64,000 bases of DNA from Candidatus Parcubacteria bacterium (lineage in GTDB: Bacteria; Patescibacteriota; Minisyncoccia; Phycocordibacterales; PALSA-1337). The notes under the pieces were generated by a model. The model was given only the letters and a program-made list of their open reading frames with translations. It did not search any database and was not told the DNA's origin. Shown here piece by piece: positions 18,339 through 28,047 of the stretch (position 1 is its first letter; each line of letters opens with the position of its first letter). The translations under genes and the position numbers were made by a program. The stretch lies in contig JBEBAU010000018.1 of the NCBI GenBank assembly GCA_041158765.1, forward strand, positions 2,557 through 66,556, written 5' to 3'.

Positions 18339-18998
18339 ATGTCAAAAATTGTTTCAATTGCCGGTCCAAAGCACAGTTGGAAACGAACTATCGCTCTGCT
18401 TGTTGCAAAAAAGCTTGGGTATCGCTTGTTCGATCGAGCACTCCTGTATCGGGCTGCGGTTATTATTTGTCGGCAAGAGAATATTTTTGCTGATGAAGTT
18501 GATCGGGTTAATCGGTTTTTGCCCTATGCTGTTGGGAGAATTGATGTGCAGGAGGGAAATGTCTTCATCGACGGCCATAATGCAATGGCACGCATCAGTC
18601 CACCAAGGATTAATAGCGCAACCAAAAGAATGATGAAAAATCAGCAAGTTGCGTATGTGTTGGCGGATTTACAGAAGAAGTTTGCTGAAAACACTCCTGG
18701 ATTGGTTGCATATTGGGACGGTCATATCCAATGCGTATTCGACGAGCCGAAGCTGAGGGTGTTTCTCGATCGTAATGTGCAGGCTCGTGCAGAGTATTTT
18801 CATGCATACCTGATACGGTCTCGCATACACCGTCCATTCCCGCAGGTTCTCGAAGAACTCAAGTTGTCCGATTGCCAGTATCGAGAGCTTGGATATTATC
18901 CTGATGTTTCGCCACCAGGTGTTCATCGTCTTAATTGTAATGGAATAACGATCGATGCGATTGTCGAAAAGATCGTTGCTTTGGTGCGTTCAACCTAA
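18339..18998 (+). CDS. Cytidylate kinase-like protein with a degenerate P-loop (probable pseudo-kinase or highly divergent Cmk)
   Basis: Collinear with Cmk (IAGP..K.T...LG..L.D...LYR; VFLD; C-terminal region), but Walker A reads GPKHSWKRT instead of GPSGSGKGT and the LID DGRD is replaced by YWDGH. Confidence 0.55.
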   Translation: MSKIVSIAGPKHSWKRTIALLVAKKLGYRLFDRALLYRAAVIICRQENIFADEVDRVNRFLPYAVGRIDVQEGNVFIDGHNAMARISPPRINSATKRMMKNQQVAYVLADLQKKFAENTPGLVAYWDGHIQCVFDEPKLRVFLDRNVQARAEYFHAYLIRSRIHRPFPQVLEELKLSDCQYRELGYYPDVSPPGVHRLNCNGITIDAIVEKIVALVRST

Positions 18999-19027
18999 AC
19001 TACATTGATTTTCAATGTAGTTTTTTA
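18998..19027 (+). terminator. Intrinsic terminator (aactacattg/caatgtagtt + TTTTTT)
   Basis: 10-bp perfect stem overlapping the stop codon of the preceding gene. Confidence 0.6.
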
Positions 19028-19033
19028 TATAAA

Positions 19034-19061
19034 TTGCAAAATTTTTCTGCTTGAGTATACT
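19034..19061 (+). promoter_or_regulatory. Sigma-70-like promoter TTGCAA-16-TATACT upstream of grpE
   Basis: Seen in sequence about 20 nt upstream of ATG 19080. Confidence 0.45.
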
Positions 19062-19079
19062 AAGAAGACAAAAAATACT

Positions 19080-19691
19080 ATGAAATCTGATACTGAAGAA
19101 AATAAAAAAAATGATACAACTGAGGTAGATTCTGCCGAGGATATTTCATATGAAACTGGCGTCGAGGGAGACGTTGATGACTCTGTCGTAGCAGAAGAAT
19201 CTCTCCAAGAAACCGTGAAGAAGCTTCGTGCCAAGCTCGCAAAAGCTGTTGCAGAAAAACAGGAGTATCTCACTGGTTGGCAGAAGGACAAAGCAGAATT
19301 TCTAAATGCTCGTAAGCGTGACAAAGAATCAAGCGATATGATTGTGAAGTACGCTTCAGAGAATCTCGTGAATGAACTCATTCCTGTGCTCGATAGCTTC
19401 AATATGGCTATGGGAAACAAAGACGCTTGGGATAAAGTCGAGAAGAATTGGCGTACTGGTGTTGAGTATATTTTTGGACAGTTGAAAAAGACTCTCGAAG
19501 ATAATGGTCTCAAAGAAATTGATCCTATCGGTCAAAAATTCGATCCAGCTCGTGATGAAGCAATTAGTTTTGATCCTGTAGATGACGAAAAACAAGATCA
19601 CATTATCACCACCGTGATCCAAAAAGGCTATATGCTCAACGGCAAAGTTCTCAAAGCTCCAAAGGTAAAAGTAGGAGAATTCAAAAAATAA
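19080..19691 (+). CDS. grpE: Nucleotide exchange factor GrpE
   Basis: Acidic N-terminus, coiled coil with YLTGWQKDKAEFLNARKRDKE (the GrpE RLQAEFENYRKR motif), C-terminal beta domain; start moved to ATG 19080 from the track's 19005. Confidence 0.8.
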   Translation: MKSDTEENKKNDTTEVDSAEDISYETGVEGDVDDSVVAEESLQETVKKLRAKLAKAVAEKQEYLTGWQKDKAEFLNARKRDKESSDMIVKYASENLVNELIPVLDSFNMAMGNKDAWDKVEKNWRTGVEYIFGQLKKTLEDNGLKEIDPIGQKFDPARDEAISFDPVDDEKQDHIITTVIQKGYMLNGKVLKAPKVKVGEFKK

Positions 19692-19693
19692 AA

Positions 19694-19722
19694 ATCACCC
19701 GTGTAATTCAGAGGTGATTCTA
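19694..19722. terminator. Bidirectional hairpin (aatcacc ... ggtgatt) between convergent grpE and the minus-strand gene
   Basis: 7-bp stem in the 28-nt gap between two convergent stop codons. Confidence 0.45.
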
Positions 19723-20166
19723 GCCAGACTTTTTGGCTGCGACAGGACGATGGAGGAGTAATACGACTTCGCTTGCTGAGAGTTCGAAGACTGCTCCGAA
19801 CTTATGGCCCCAGAATTGCTTCCAAGGGAAACGCACAGGAATCTCTCCATTCAAATATCCCTTAGCATCAATCCACGCCCCCGGTTTTTTGAATGCCGGG
19901 TCGGGCCAGATCGTTGGCGCCGTAATCGGCTTGATTTGCCCAGCTGACATTTCTTCGCGGAATGCATTGAATTGCTCGACGGTATCGTATCCATTTACGA
20001 ACCAAGCATCACATCCTGGTTTTTTTAATAACACCCCCTCATCGTGCGGCACCAGATCAGTCCAATGATCAGATCCATGCAAAACAAGAAGCGTGCCATC
20101 AGGATGTCCTTCGATTACTTGAGCCAAGCTTCCGCCACGTATTGGGAATAGTGTGACTGTGTTCAT
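19720..20166 (-). CDS. Hypothetical protein (GC about 50%, above local background)
   Basis: 148-aa ORF, protein-like composition, no family recognised. Confidence 0.4.
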   Translation of the reverse strand: MNTVTLFPIRGGSLAQVIEGHPDGTLLVLHGSDHWTDLVPHDEGVLLKKPGCDAWFVNGYDTVEQFNAFREEMSAGQIKPITAPTIWPDPAFKKPGAWIDAKGYLNGEIPVRFPWKQFWGHKFGAVFELSASEVVLLLHRPVAAKKSG

Positions 20167-20268
20167 TTTTCGTTTTTTACTGTGCCATCATGACACATGC
20201 AATTTTGCTTGTTATAGCACCGAAATATCTCTTTTGCAACCAATTCTTTGTGATAAACTATACCCATT

Positions 20269-23244
20269 ATGGCGTCAAAATCTTTTTCAAAATCTGTCTT
20301 CAAAACCCGCTACGCACAGCTTAATCCGAAGCAAAAGAAGGCTGTAGATACCATAGATGGCCCTGTAATGGTCATTGCGGGCCCTGGAACAGGTAAGACG
20401 TCTATTCTTACACTTCGTATCGCAAACATCCTAGAAAGGACAGATACACCAGCGAATGGAATCCTCGCTATCACATACACTGACGCAGGTGTGAAAGCAA
20501 TGCGCATGAAGCTCAAAGAAATCATTGGCGATCAAGCTCATGATGTAAAAATTTTCACATTCCACGGCTTCGCTGCGGCAATGATTGCTGAATATCCAGA
20601 CCATTTCCTTCATCTTGGAGAAATGAAACAAATGACGGATATTGAACAAGAGTCATTAATTCGAAAGATTATTTCGGAGTCACGGTTTTCAGATTTGAGG
20701 CCGCTTGGTAAACCAGATGCATATGTTTCAACTATTATTCGATCTATTGATGAAACAAAACGCGAAGCACTAACACCTGAAATGGTAATTGCACATGCCG
20801 AAGCAGAGATAGAGCGAATTTCAAAAGACGAGGATTCTATTTCAACTCGAGGTGCAACAAAAGGCCTCTTGAAAGCAGATGCACGCGAAGCTATCGAGAA
20901 GTGCAAGCGAACGAAGCTCTTCGCTGGAGTATATGAATTATATGAAAAAGAGAAGCGGGAGATGAAAAAGATGGATTTCAATGATCTTATTATTGAAATA
21001 CTTACAGCATTTCGAAATGATGAATTATTGCTTCGATTGATTCAGGAACGATTCTTGTATATTCATGTTGATGAACATCAGGATACGAATGATGCACAGA
21101 ACTTCATTGTGGCACTTATTGCAGAGTTTTTTGAAACACCAAACGTATTCATTGTGGGAGATGAAAAGCAGGCTATCTATCGTTTCCAAGGTGCTTCCGT
21201 CGAAAACTTTTTGCGTATGCAAAAGCGTTGGCCTGCAATGGAGCTCATTTCACTTGATACGAATTATCGCTCACATCAGAGCATTCTCGATGCTTCATAT
21301 GCAATGATTGAACACAACTATGGTGATGAAAAAGAGCATGCTGAATTGCGAATTAGGCTAGAATCGGGGCTTGATGAAACAGCTCGGCCGATCGAGATCG
21401 TGACCGGAGAGAATGTCGCGGCGGCCGAGCTGTATATGGTCAAAGAGCTCCAGAATCTCACTGAGAAGGAACCCGAAGCGAGCGTAGCTATTATTGTGCG
21501 AAGAAATCGTGATCTTGATCGAGTAATTCGTCTTCTTGAGTCAAATAATGTCCCTGTTTCATCTGAGCGAAGTGTGGATATTTTTAATCATCCAATTGGT
21601 TCGCTCTTTTTCGAACTCATTACGTATCTTGCGGATTCAACACGAATAGATGCACTTGCAAAGACCGTAATGATGGGACTTTGGGATATCTCTTTTGAAG
21701 AAGGGGCGCTATTCGTGCGTAAACTTTCAAGTGGACAGTCAGGTGAAATCAGCGATAAGATTCCAGCTATTACTCGTCTTCGATCACGACTTATGTCTGA
21801 CGGGGCTGTTGCTTTCCTTATTCACTTGGCCGAGGAATCAGGTTTCATTAAGTTGGTTGCTACTGACCCTTCATATGTTCATGTGTGGCGAGGTATTGTT
21901 GCACTTGCCGAATCACTTACACGTGAAAGTGAAATTCGTGACCCAATGAAACTCATGCACGATATGCTTGCATATCGAACTTCTGCCGAGACTCGCACGG
22001 TCAAAGTCGCAGTGGGAGCACCGCATGTTGCGATACAAGCTATGACAGCTCACGGTAGCAAGGGTCTTGAATTTGATTACGTATTCATACCATATGCTAA
22101 TGAAGAGGGTTGGGTGGGACGATCTCGTGGTAATTCATTTGTATTACCAAAAAAGCAGACAGTAGATAGCGATATTCGCGATATTCGCCGGCTCTTTTAT
22201 GTTGCAGTGACACGTGCACGCAAACACGTGGTAATTCTTCCTGCACTCGAAGAATCTGATGGTAAAATTTTGACTCCAATTCGTTTCATATCAGAACTAG
22301 ATGAAAAGCATGTAGTTACAGCGACATTGCCGCGCATTGGTATTGAAAGCATACACACAGCTATCGAAGATCAGACTGGTGCTCATTCTGCCGAAATTGC
22401 TATTCAAAAAAAGCTTATTGATATGACTAAGCATGTGCTTGTTGAAAAGGGTCTTTCGGTGACCGCTCTCAATCACTTTCTTACATGTCCGAATCGATTT
22501 TTGTATCAGAGTATTTTGAAATTACCACAAGCCCCTTCAGTTCCTGCAGAAAAGGGAAATGCAATGCACTCCGCTATTGCTCGGGTATGGAATTCAGAGT
22601 CAAGACAAGAGAGTGGAGCCACCTCTAGAATCGAGAGCACACTTACCGAAGCCGTAGCTGAATATATGAGTGAATCTCTTCTCCCCGTGCTCGAAAAGGA
22701 CGCAGTAAAAAAAGAGCTTTTTGATTCTATTCCTGATGTTGCACGAGAATTGACTCCGCATTTTCATGTTTCAACATCTACTATGGGAATTTTTGTTGAA
22801 TCATGGGCTGAGACACTTTTCACCGGTTCATATGAAAAAACACCTATTCATATTCCACTTCACGGCAAGCTTGATGCCGTCATTGATACTGGTAGCTCAG
22901 TACAGGTGTTTGATTACAAAACTCGCCAAGCAATGTCGGTGAATGCAATTATGGGTGAAACAAAATCTTCAGATGGAAGTTATTTCCGCCAACTTATTTA
23001 TTATCAAATGCTCCTCCAGAATGATATTCGATGGAAGGGGAAGAAGATTGTTCCTTCACTTGTATTCGTTTCACCAGATGAAAAAGGCCGTTGCCCAATT
23101 GTTTCATTGCCAATTCAAGAAACTGATATTGCACGGGTAAAAGATGAAATACAAAAACTCATTGAGAGTGTCTGGAGTGGTGCTATTGCTCGCACAAAAT
23201 GTGACGATCAAAAGTGTGAGTGGTGCCCAATGCGCTCACTCTAA
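20269..23244 (+). CDS. UvrD/PcrA-family superfamily 1 helicase fused to a C-terminal PD-(D/E)XK Cas4/AddB-like nuclease domain with a 4-Cys cluster
   Basis: Walker A VIAGPGTGKTS and UvrD-type motifs in the N-terminal half; C-terminal ...VFDYKT... nuclease motif with Cys in LTCPNRF and KCDDQKCEWCP. Confidence 0.75.
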   Translation: MASKSFSKSVFKTRYAQLNPKQKKAVDTIDGPVMVIAGPGTGKTSILTLRIANILERTDTPANGILAITYTDAGVKAMRMKLKEIIGDQAHDVKIFTFHGFAAAMIAEYPDHFLHLGEMKQMTDIEQESLIRKIISESRFSDLRPLGKPDAYVSTIIRSIDETKREALTPEMVIAHAEAEIERISKDEDSISTRGATKGLLKADAREAIEKCKRTKLFAGVYELYEKEKREMKKMDFNDLIIEILTAFRNDELLLRLIQERFLYIHVDEHQDTNDAQNFIVALIAEFFETPNVFIVGDEKQAIYRFQGASVENFLRMQKRWPAMELISLDTNYRSHQSILDASYAMIEHNYGDEKEHAELRIRLESGLDETARPIEIVTGENVAAAELYMVKELQNLTEKEPEASVAIIVRRNRDLDRVIRLLESNNVPVSSERSVDIFNHPIGSLFFELITYLADSTRIDALAKTVMMGLWDISFEEGALFVRKLSSGQSGEISDKIPAITRLRSRLMSDGAVAFLIHLAEESGFIKLVATDPSYVHVWRGIVALAESLTRESEIRDPMKLMHDMLAYRTSAETRTVKVAVGAPHVAIQAMTAHGSKGLEFDYVFIPYANEEGWVGRSRGNSFVLPKKQTVDSDIRDIRRLFYVAVTRARKHVVILPALEESDGKILTPIRFISELDEKHVVTATLPRIGIESIHTAIEDQTGAHSAEIAIQKKLIDMTKHVLVEKGLSVTALNHFLTCPNRFLYQSILKLPQAPSVPAEKGNAMHSAIARVWNSESRQESGATSRIESTLTEAVAEYMSESLLPVLEKDAVKKELFDSIPDVARELTPHFHVSTSTMGIFVESWAETLFTGSYEKTPIHIPLHGKLDAVIDTGSSVQVFDYKTRQAMSVNAIMGETKSSDGSYFRQLIYYQMLLQNDIRWKGKKIVPSLVFVSPDEKGRCPIVSLPIQETDIARVKDEIQKLIESVWSGAIARTKCDDQKCEWCPMRSL

Positions 23245-23988
23245 CTATTGACCCAAAAGACCATCAAGAGCGTTCTTGAGGGTTGCGTATGACTGTGCGC
23301 CGTTTACAGGGATTTGTTTGCCATTTGCTGTGATAATGACGCTATAAGGAGTGCCTGAAACCCCAGCATTAATTCCTTCGAGATAATCTGCATCAACCTC
23401 TGCCTTGTTTTTGCCGCTGCTTAGGCATGTTTTGAATTCTGTTTTGTCGAGACCGGCGTACACTGCGATTTCGGGAAGTTGCGCAGGGTTGAGTCCTTCT
23501 GGTGTAGCGTTGGTAACTGAAGGTGTTATTGAATAGAGGCGATTCGCATATGCCCAAAACTTGTCATTACCACCAAGATCAGCTGCACATTCCATAGCCT
23601 GTGCTTCGGTGCCAGCGTTCTTATGAAGAATATTGCCGTTCTCATCTGCTTGATCAAGAGGGAAATGACGATACACCCAAGCTACATTTCCAGTTTTGCC
23701 ATACTCAGTCATAACCTGAAGCATTGTTGCGTGGAATATTTTGCAGAATGGACATGAAGCATCAGAGTATTCAACAATCTTTATTTTTGCATTTGGATTA
23801 CCCAAAATATGGTCGTCGCTCGTCACGGCTCTTACTTCTTGAATCTGTGAAGGAATTTGCTGTGCAGTAACTGCTGCAGGGACAGGCTTTTTTGTCCAAA
23901 TAACCGCACCTGCGATAATTGCACCAGCAACAATAATAGCAACAGGAATTGTGATAACTGATTGAGGTTTTGGTTGATTTGGTTCCAT
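23245..23988 (-). CDS. DsbA-family thiol:disulfide oxidoreductase, membrane-anchored
   Basis: N-terminal TM anchor then a thioredoxin-like domain with active site SCPFCK (CPFC). Confidence 0.75.
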   Translation of the reverse strand: MEPNQPKPQSVITIPVAIIVAGAIIAGAVIWTKKPVPAAVTAQQIPSQIQEVRAVTSDDHILGNPNAKIKIVEYSDASCPFCKIFHATMLQVMTEYGKTGNVAWVYRHFPLDQADENGNILHKNAGTEAQAMECAADLGGNDKFWAYANRLYSITPSVTNATPEGLNPAQLPEIAVYAGLDKTEFKTCLSSGKNKAEVDADYLEGINAGVSGTPYSVIITANGKQIPVNGAQSYATLKNALDGLLGQ

Positions 23989-24026
23989 ATTTTTATTAGG
24001 TTATGTGTTGATAGTATATCACGGAC

Positions 24027-24647
24027 CTAAAATGGCAATGTGAAAGTCATCGCCTCGCCCCCAGCTGTTTCCCAATGTGTTGTATCAAGCTTGATGTCTT
24101 TGATTGCATTACCGGGTCCAAAATCTCGATACTTTATGTGCTTATTTTTCAGAGCGTATTCATAGAGCTCTTTTGTAATTTTCACATCTTCGAGACAATA
24201 CTTGATGATTTTGTCTATTTCACCACTTTTCCACCATGCAATAGCTTCGAGACCATGACCAGACTTCTTTTTGCCTAGAGTTGCTTCGGCGAGTGTGTCG
24301 AGTTTGATGCGTTTGCCGAGAGAATTCCGTACTTCAACAAGGAGATCGAGACTCTTTATTTTTGAAAGGTCACCAGAGTAGTATTTGTTGAGCAGTGGTA
24401 TATCAAAATGTTCTCCATTGAACGTAATGAGCATATCCGCTTGTTCAATAATCGGCCAAAGCTTCGGTAAGTCCTCAACAAGATAGCTCGAGTATCCTGA
24501 ACCGGGTTCTGACGGAGCCTTGCCAGTGCCATCATCTGCAGCTGAATCGTGAATACACACAACAGATATATCAAGCGCTGAAGATTCGGTTGAACCGACT
24601 TCCTGAAAGGTGTTTCGTGTTTCAATATCAAAAGTAATTTTGCGCAT
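24027..24647 (-). CDS. DEDD-type 3'-5' exonuclease (RNase H-like fold; PolB-exonuclease-like, YprB-type)
   Basis: Exo I FDIET, Exo II FNGEHFDIPLL, Exo III YCLEDV motifs. Confidence 0.7.
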   Translation of the reverse strand: MRKITFDIETRNTFQEVGSTESSALDISVVCIHDSAADDGTGKAPSEPGSGYSSYLVEDLPKLWPIIEQADMLITFNGEHFDIPLLNKYYSGDLSKIKSLDLLVEVRNSLGKRIKLDTLAEATLGKKKSGHGLEAIAWWKSGEIDKIIKYCLEDVKITKELYEYALKNKHIKYRDFGPGNAIKDIKLDTTHWETAGGEAMTFTLPF

Positions 24648-24776
24648 ATAGTGTGGTGTTGAGTGTGTGTAGTTTGTATTGTGTGTCGCTGTATTGTACG
24701 GGAATGATACATGACGGGCAAGTTCGGTGTGGAATTACGTATTTGAGTGACTATATCGGTATGGTAGTATTATTGT

Positions 24777-27700
24777 ATGAAAATGTACTATAAATTGGTG
24801 TTTTTTATTGCAGTTTTTATTTTTATTCCACTAAGTAGTGCATCAGCACAGACAGCAATTGGATCAGTTGTCACTGCTCCAAACTGGGGCTGTAGTTCTA
24901 CAGATACAGCACATCCATTTATTACTCGAACAGATATCATTTACGATGTATATAATACACCACAGTCATTTTATCCTCTGACACAGTCTTGTGTTTCAGG
25001 TACACTACTCGTCTCATATTCTGATGTCTTAGATATAACTCTATACTCCACAACTACCATGGAGATATCCTGCGTCGAAAGTGTTGGTGGAGTCTGGACA
25101 AAAGGTACTATCAAGATTACCGGACCAGGTACATTCAATAACGACAAAAACCCAATAGTCTGTCCAGGATCAATTTGGCAAGGGGGAATTTTTGCTAATT
25201 CATTTATTTTGAAATCAAATGCTGTTGCTGCAACATCAACCCTTGTTTCAGCAACCGCTGCTTCATCGACACTCACACTTACGGGTACCGGCTTTAGTCC
25301 TACAGGAAACACCGTGGTTGTAACATCTTCTGCTGGAGTTTCAGTTACTATTCCTAATGTCTCAAGTATTTCAAGCACTTCGATGGTTGTTACTTTGCCA
25401 TCGGGTTACACAATTGCAGATACATATACCGTAAAGGTTTTGCCATCTGGCGGATCTCTATATAGCAATACTACGAGTTTCACAATTAGGTCAGTAGACA
25501 TTGCTGTTATCACAGTTACAGGAGCAATGTTGAGCGGTGCAATATGTAATTGGGTAGATACCAATATTACTGGGCCAAATAAACTACAGAAGACACTTTG
25601 TATTGCGCCTTTCATGAAAAGCACAGCTAAAGTTGTGAAGCAGATAAAAGATGCTACAGATGCTGCTCTCGCCGCAAATAAAAAAGTGATGATTGTAAGT
25701 CAGTGTATCGGATCACTTATAGCGTATAACGTTATCGCTCAGTATTACAAAACATATGTTGATAAGGGTCTTGTTGAAATTGTATACGTTGATCCTCCAT
25801 ACGGTGGTTCATTCGCGAATGCACTTTTTAGCCGAGTTTTCCCGGGACAATATGCACCACGCGCACAAGCAATTGCTGGTGGTATCAAATATGACTCTCG
25901 AATGATTGATTGGACACGAGGAGAAGGACTTCTACATTTGTTTACACACGATGCTTTCACCTATCCAAATTACGGAAAGAATTCAACGAATCTTGCCGCT
26001 TTGAGTAATGTGATCCAAAAAAAGGTCACGACTCTAGCTTCAACTAGCCCAACACCATTTTCACCACAGGGTGGAATTATGATTGCAAGTGCACCAGTTG
26101 TTTCTGGCGTGAGCGTGGATGGTGTGAATAGCGAGTCAATTACAACTGATCAAGATATAACGGTGAATGCTACGGGTCTTCAGGGTGATGGAAACTATAT
26201 CTATATTCAGAATAATGAAAATCCGCAGATTTATTACACAATATACGGATTGCTTCCTGCAGGCGCTGGAGATTCGCTTATTTTCAATCTTCCTCTCAAA
26301 CCAGAGCTGGGCTTCGATGTAACGCCAGGTTCATACTCATTGTTTGTTGGTGCGCGTGATAGCGATTTGAGTAATAGTTTTACAATCAATATTGCTTCTC
26401 CAAGACTCGGTATACCACCATCTGTTACAGATCTTCCAATGAATATGAAATCTGGGGACATGGTAAGTATTCAGGGTAGCGGATTTCAGCCAGCAGGGAA
26501 TCAGGTGCGTTTTGTACTCGTACCAAATCCAACACAGAGCGCTAACGTAATTGATTTGTGGAATGTACTGATAGATTTCTTTTTGAAAATAAAAAATAAA
26601 TTACTTACACTTGTTTTTGCCCAGACAATTTCAGGTGAATCTCTAGTTGGTTTTGTTCCTGATTATATTATTAGAGACATTCCAAGTAACGGCACTTCAC
26701 TTTCATTCTCTCTTCCTTCAGATATTCCGAGCGGAACATATCTTGTCTCTGTTGCGGGACCTGATACTAATTGGACACCGGGCACAGCAACAGTTATTAC
26801 TAACACCCGAGCAGGTCAGTCGGTAATTTATCAAACATCAGACAGCGTTGCCGCTCAAACAATATACGGATGTTATATCGGATATTCATTTGATTCCGCT
26901 ACCAATCCAAACGCATCTAAGGGATATTCAACTAATGCTTCTGACCTTTGTTATTACCAATACGGCGGTAATAAAGCTTCACAGATTGTGGGATATTCAT
27001 GTCCAACAGGATATACACTCAATAATGAAACGAAGATGTGTCTTTCAACTCAATCAGGCCCAATTACTATCGGACCAGTTGTGAAGGCGTACACATGTCC
27101 TTCAGGACACGGTATTGTTACATCGAATATCTGTGCATATTTTCCAACCGGACTTTGGTCAACAGCAAAAGCAACATATACTTGCCCGATCGGATATAGC
27201 ATTACCGGTAGTACGTGTACGGTAAGTGTTCCAACAGGATTAACGGCGGTTTCAAAAAGTATTGGAACAGTAGATCTTTCATGGAAAAATGTGAAAACGC
27301 TCTACGCTGATTCTCTTGTTCTAGAGCGCGCTACTAATGTTGCTGGTCCATTCACAACGATTGCAACATTGAGCACTTCAAGCCTCAAATATTCTGATAA
27401 GAATCTTTCTTCACAAGAGAAGTATTCATATCGAGTTCGCATCCTTCGAACTGATGGTTCATATTCAAATCCAACAAATACCGTTACAGTATCAACCAAG
27501 GCTGTCTCTGTTCCAGTAATTACTCTCGCCACAAAAGCCGGCACTTCAACAATAGCTTTGAAATTGGCTGGAAAAGACGCCCTTCTCGGATTTAATTTGT
27601 TTGGTGGTTCTACTGGGGTGATGGATTTCATCATCGCAACAACCTCAAAGACATATACAGTTCGTGATCTTGCTCCATCAACTAAATACTGTTTCGTTGC

Positions 27701-28028
27701 ACAGGCAATATTCAATGAATTGAGTGTTTCAACCTCATCAAAGGCTCTCTGCGCCACGACTGCAGCAGTTGCAACACCGGTGAATACAACACCAGCTACA
27801 ACCGCTACACCGGCTGCAAATACCGCTGCACCAACTACTGTGTCAGCCTCAGTTGGCGGATATACATGTCCAACAAATTACACATATGTGTCTGCAAGTT
27901 CAGGAATGGGTAATTGTCTTGCAACAATATTCTTCTCAGGTCCAGCACCAACACCTCCAATACCAACACCGATATACACATGCCCAAGCGGATATGTATT
28001 AGGAACTGGTGGAGTCTGCAGCAAATAA
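24777..28028 (+). CDS. Large (1083-aa) secreted cell-surface protein with a signal peptide, IPT/TIG-like and fibronectin-III-like domains and five copies of a short Cys motif (YTCPxGY...C)
   Basis: Signal peptide MKMYYKLVFFIAVFIFIPLSSASA; FN3-like VPTGLTAVSKSIGTVDLSWKN...YSYRVRIL; repeats GYSCPTGYTLNNETKMC, YTCPSGHGIVTSNIC, YTCPIGYSITGSTC, YTCPTNYTYVSASSGMGNC, YTCPSGYVLGTGGVC. Confidence 0.6.
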   Translation: MKMYYKLVFFIAVFIFIPLSSASAQTAIGSVVTAPNWGCSSTDTAHPFITRTDIIYDVYNTPQSFYPLTQSCVSGTLLVSYSDVLDITLYSTTTMEISCVESVGGVWTKGTIKITGPGTFNNDKNPIVCPGSIWQGGIFANSFILKSNAVAATSTLVSATAASSTLTLTGTGFSPTGNTVVVTSSAGVSVTIPNVSSISSTSMVVTLPSGYTIADTYTVKVLPSGGSLYSNTTSFTIRSVDIAVITVTGAMLSGAICNWVDTNITGPNKLQKTLCIAPFMKSTAKVVKQIKDATDAALAANKKVMIVSQCIGSLIAYNVIAQYYKTYVDKGLVEIVYVDPPYGGSFANALFSRVFPGQYAPRAQAIAGGIKYDSRMIDWTRGEGLLHLFTHDAFTYPNYGKNSTNLAALSNVIQKKVTTLASTSPTPFSPQGGIMIASAPVVSGVSVDGVNSESITTDQDITVNATGLQGDGNYIYIQNNENPQIYYTIYGLLPAGAGDSLIFNLPLKPELGFDVTPGSYSLFVGARDSDLSNSFTINIASPRLGIPPSVTDLPMNMKSGDMVSIQGSGFQPAGNQVRFVLVPNPTQSANVIDLWNVLIDFFLKIKNKLLTLVFAQTISGESLVGFVPDYIIRDIPSNGTSLSFSLPSDIPSGTYLVSVAGPDTNWTPGTATVITNTRAGQSVIYQTSDSVAAQTIYGCYIGYSFDSATNPNASKGYSTNASDLCYYQYGGNKASQIVGYSCPTGYTLNNETKMCLSTQSGPITIGPVVKAYTCPSGHGIVTSNICAYFPTGLWSTAKATYTCPIGYSITGSTCTVSVPTGLTAVSKSIGTVDLSWKNVKTLYADSLVLERATNVAGPFTTIATLSTSSLKYSDKNLSSQEKYSYRVRILRTDGSYSNPTNTVTVSTKAVSVPVITLATKAGTSTIALKLAGKDALLGFNLFGGSTGVMDFIIATTSKTYTVRDLAPSTKYCFVAQAIFNELSVSTSSKALCATTAAVATPVNTTPATTATPAANTAAPTTVSASVGGYTCPTNYTYVSASSGMGNCLATIFFSGPAPTPPIPTPIYTCPSGYVLGTGGVCSK

Positions 28029-28047
28029 TAACAGTTTTGAGAAAGAG

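Noticed and set aside
24648-24776. GT-rich stretch (gtgtggtgttgagtgtgtgtagtttgtattgtgtgtcgctgtattg) between divergent genes as a possible repeat element
   Set aside because: No clear periodicity or second copy. Treated as a divergent promoter region of biased composition.
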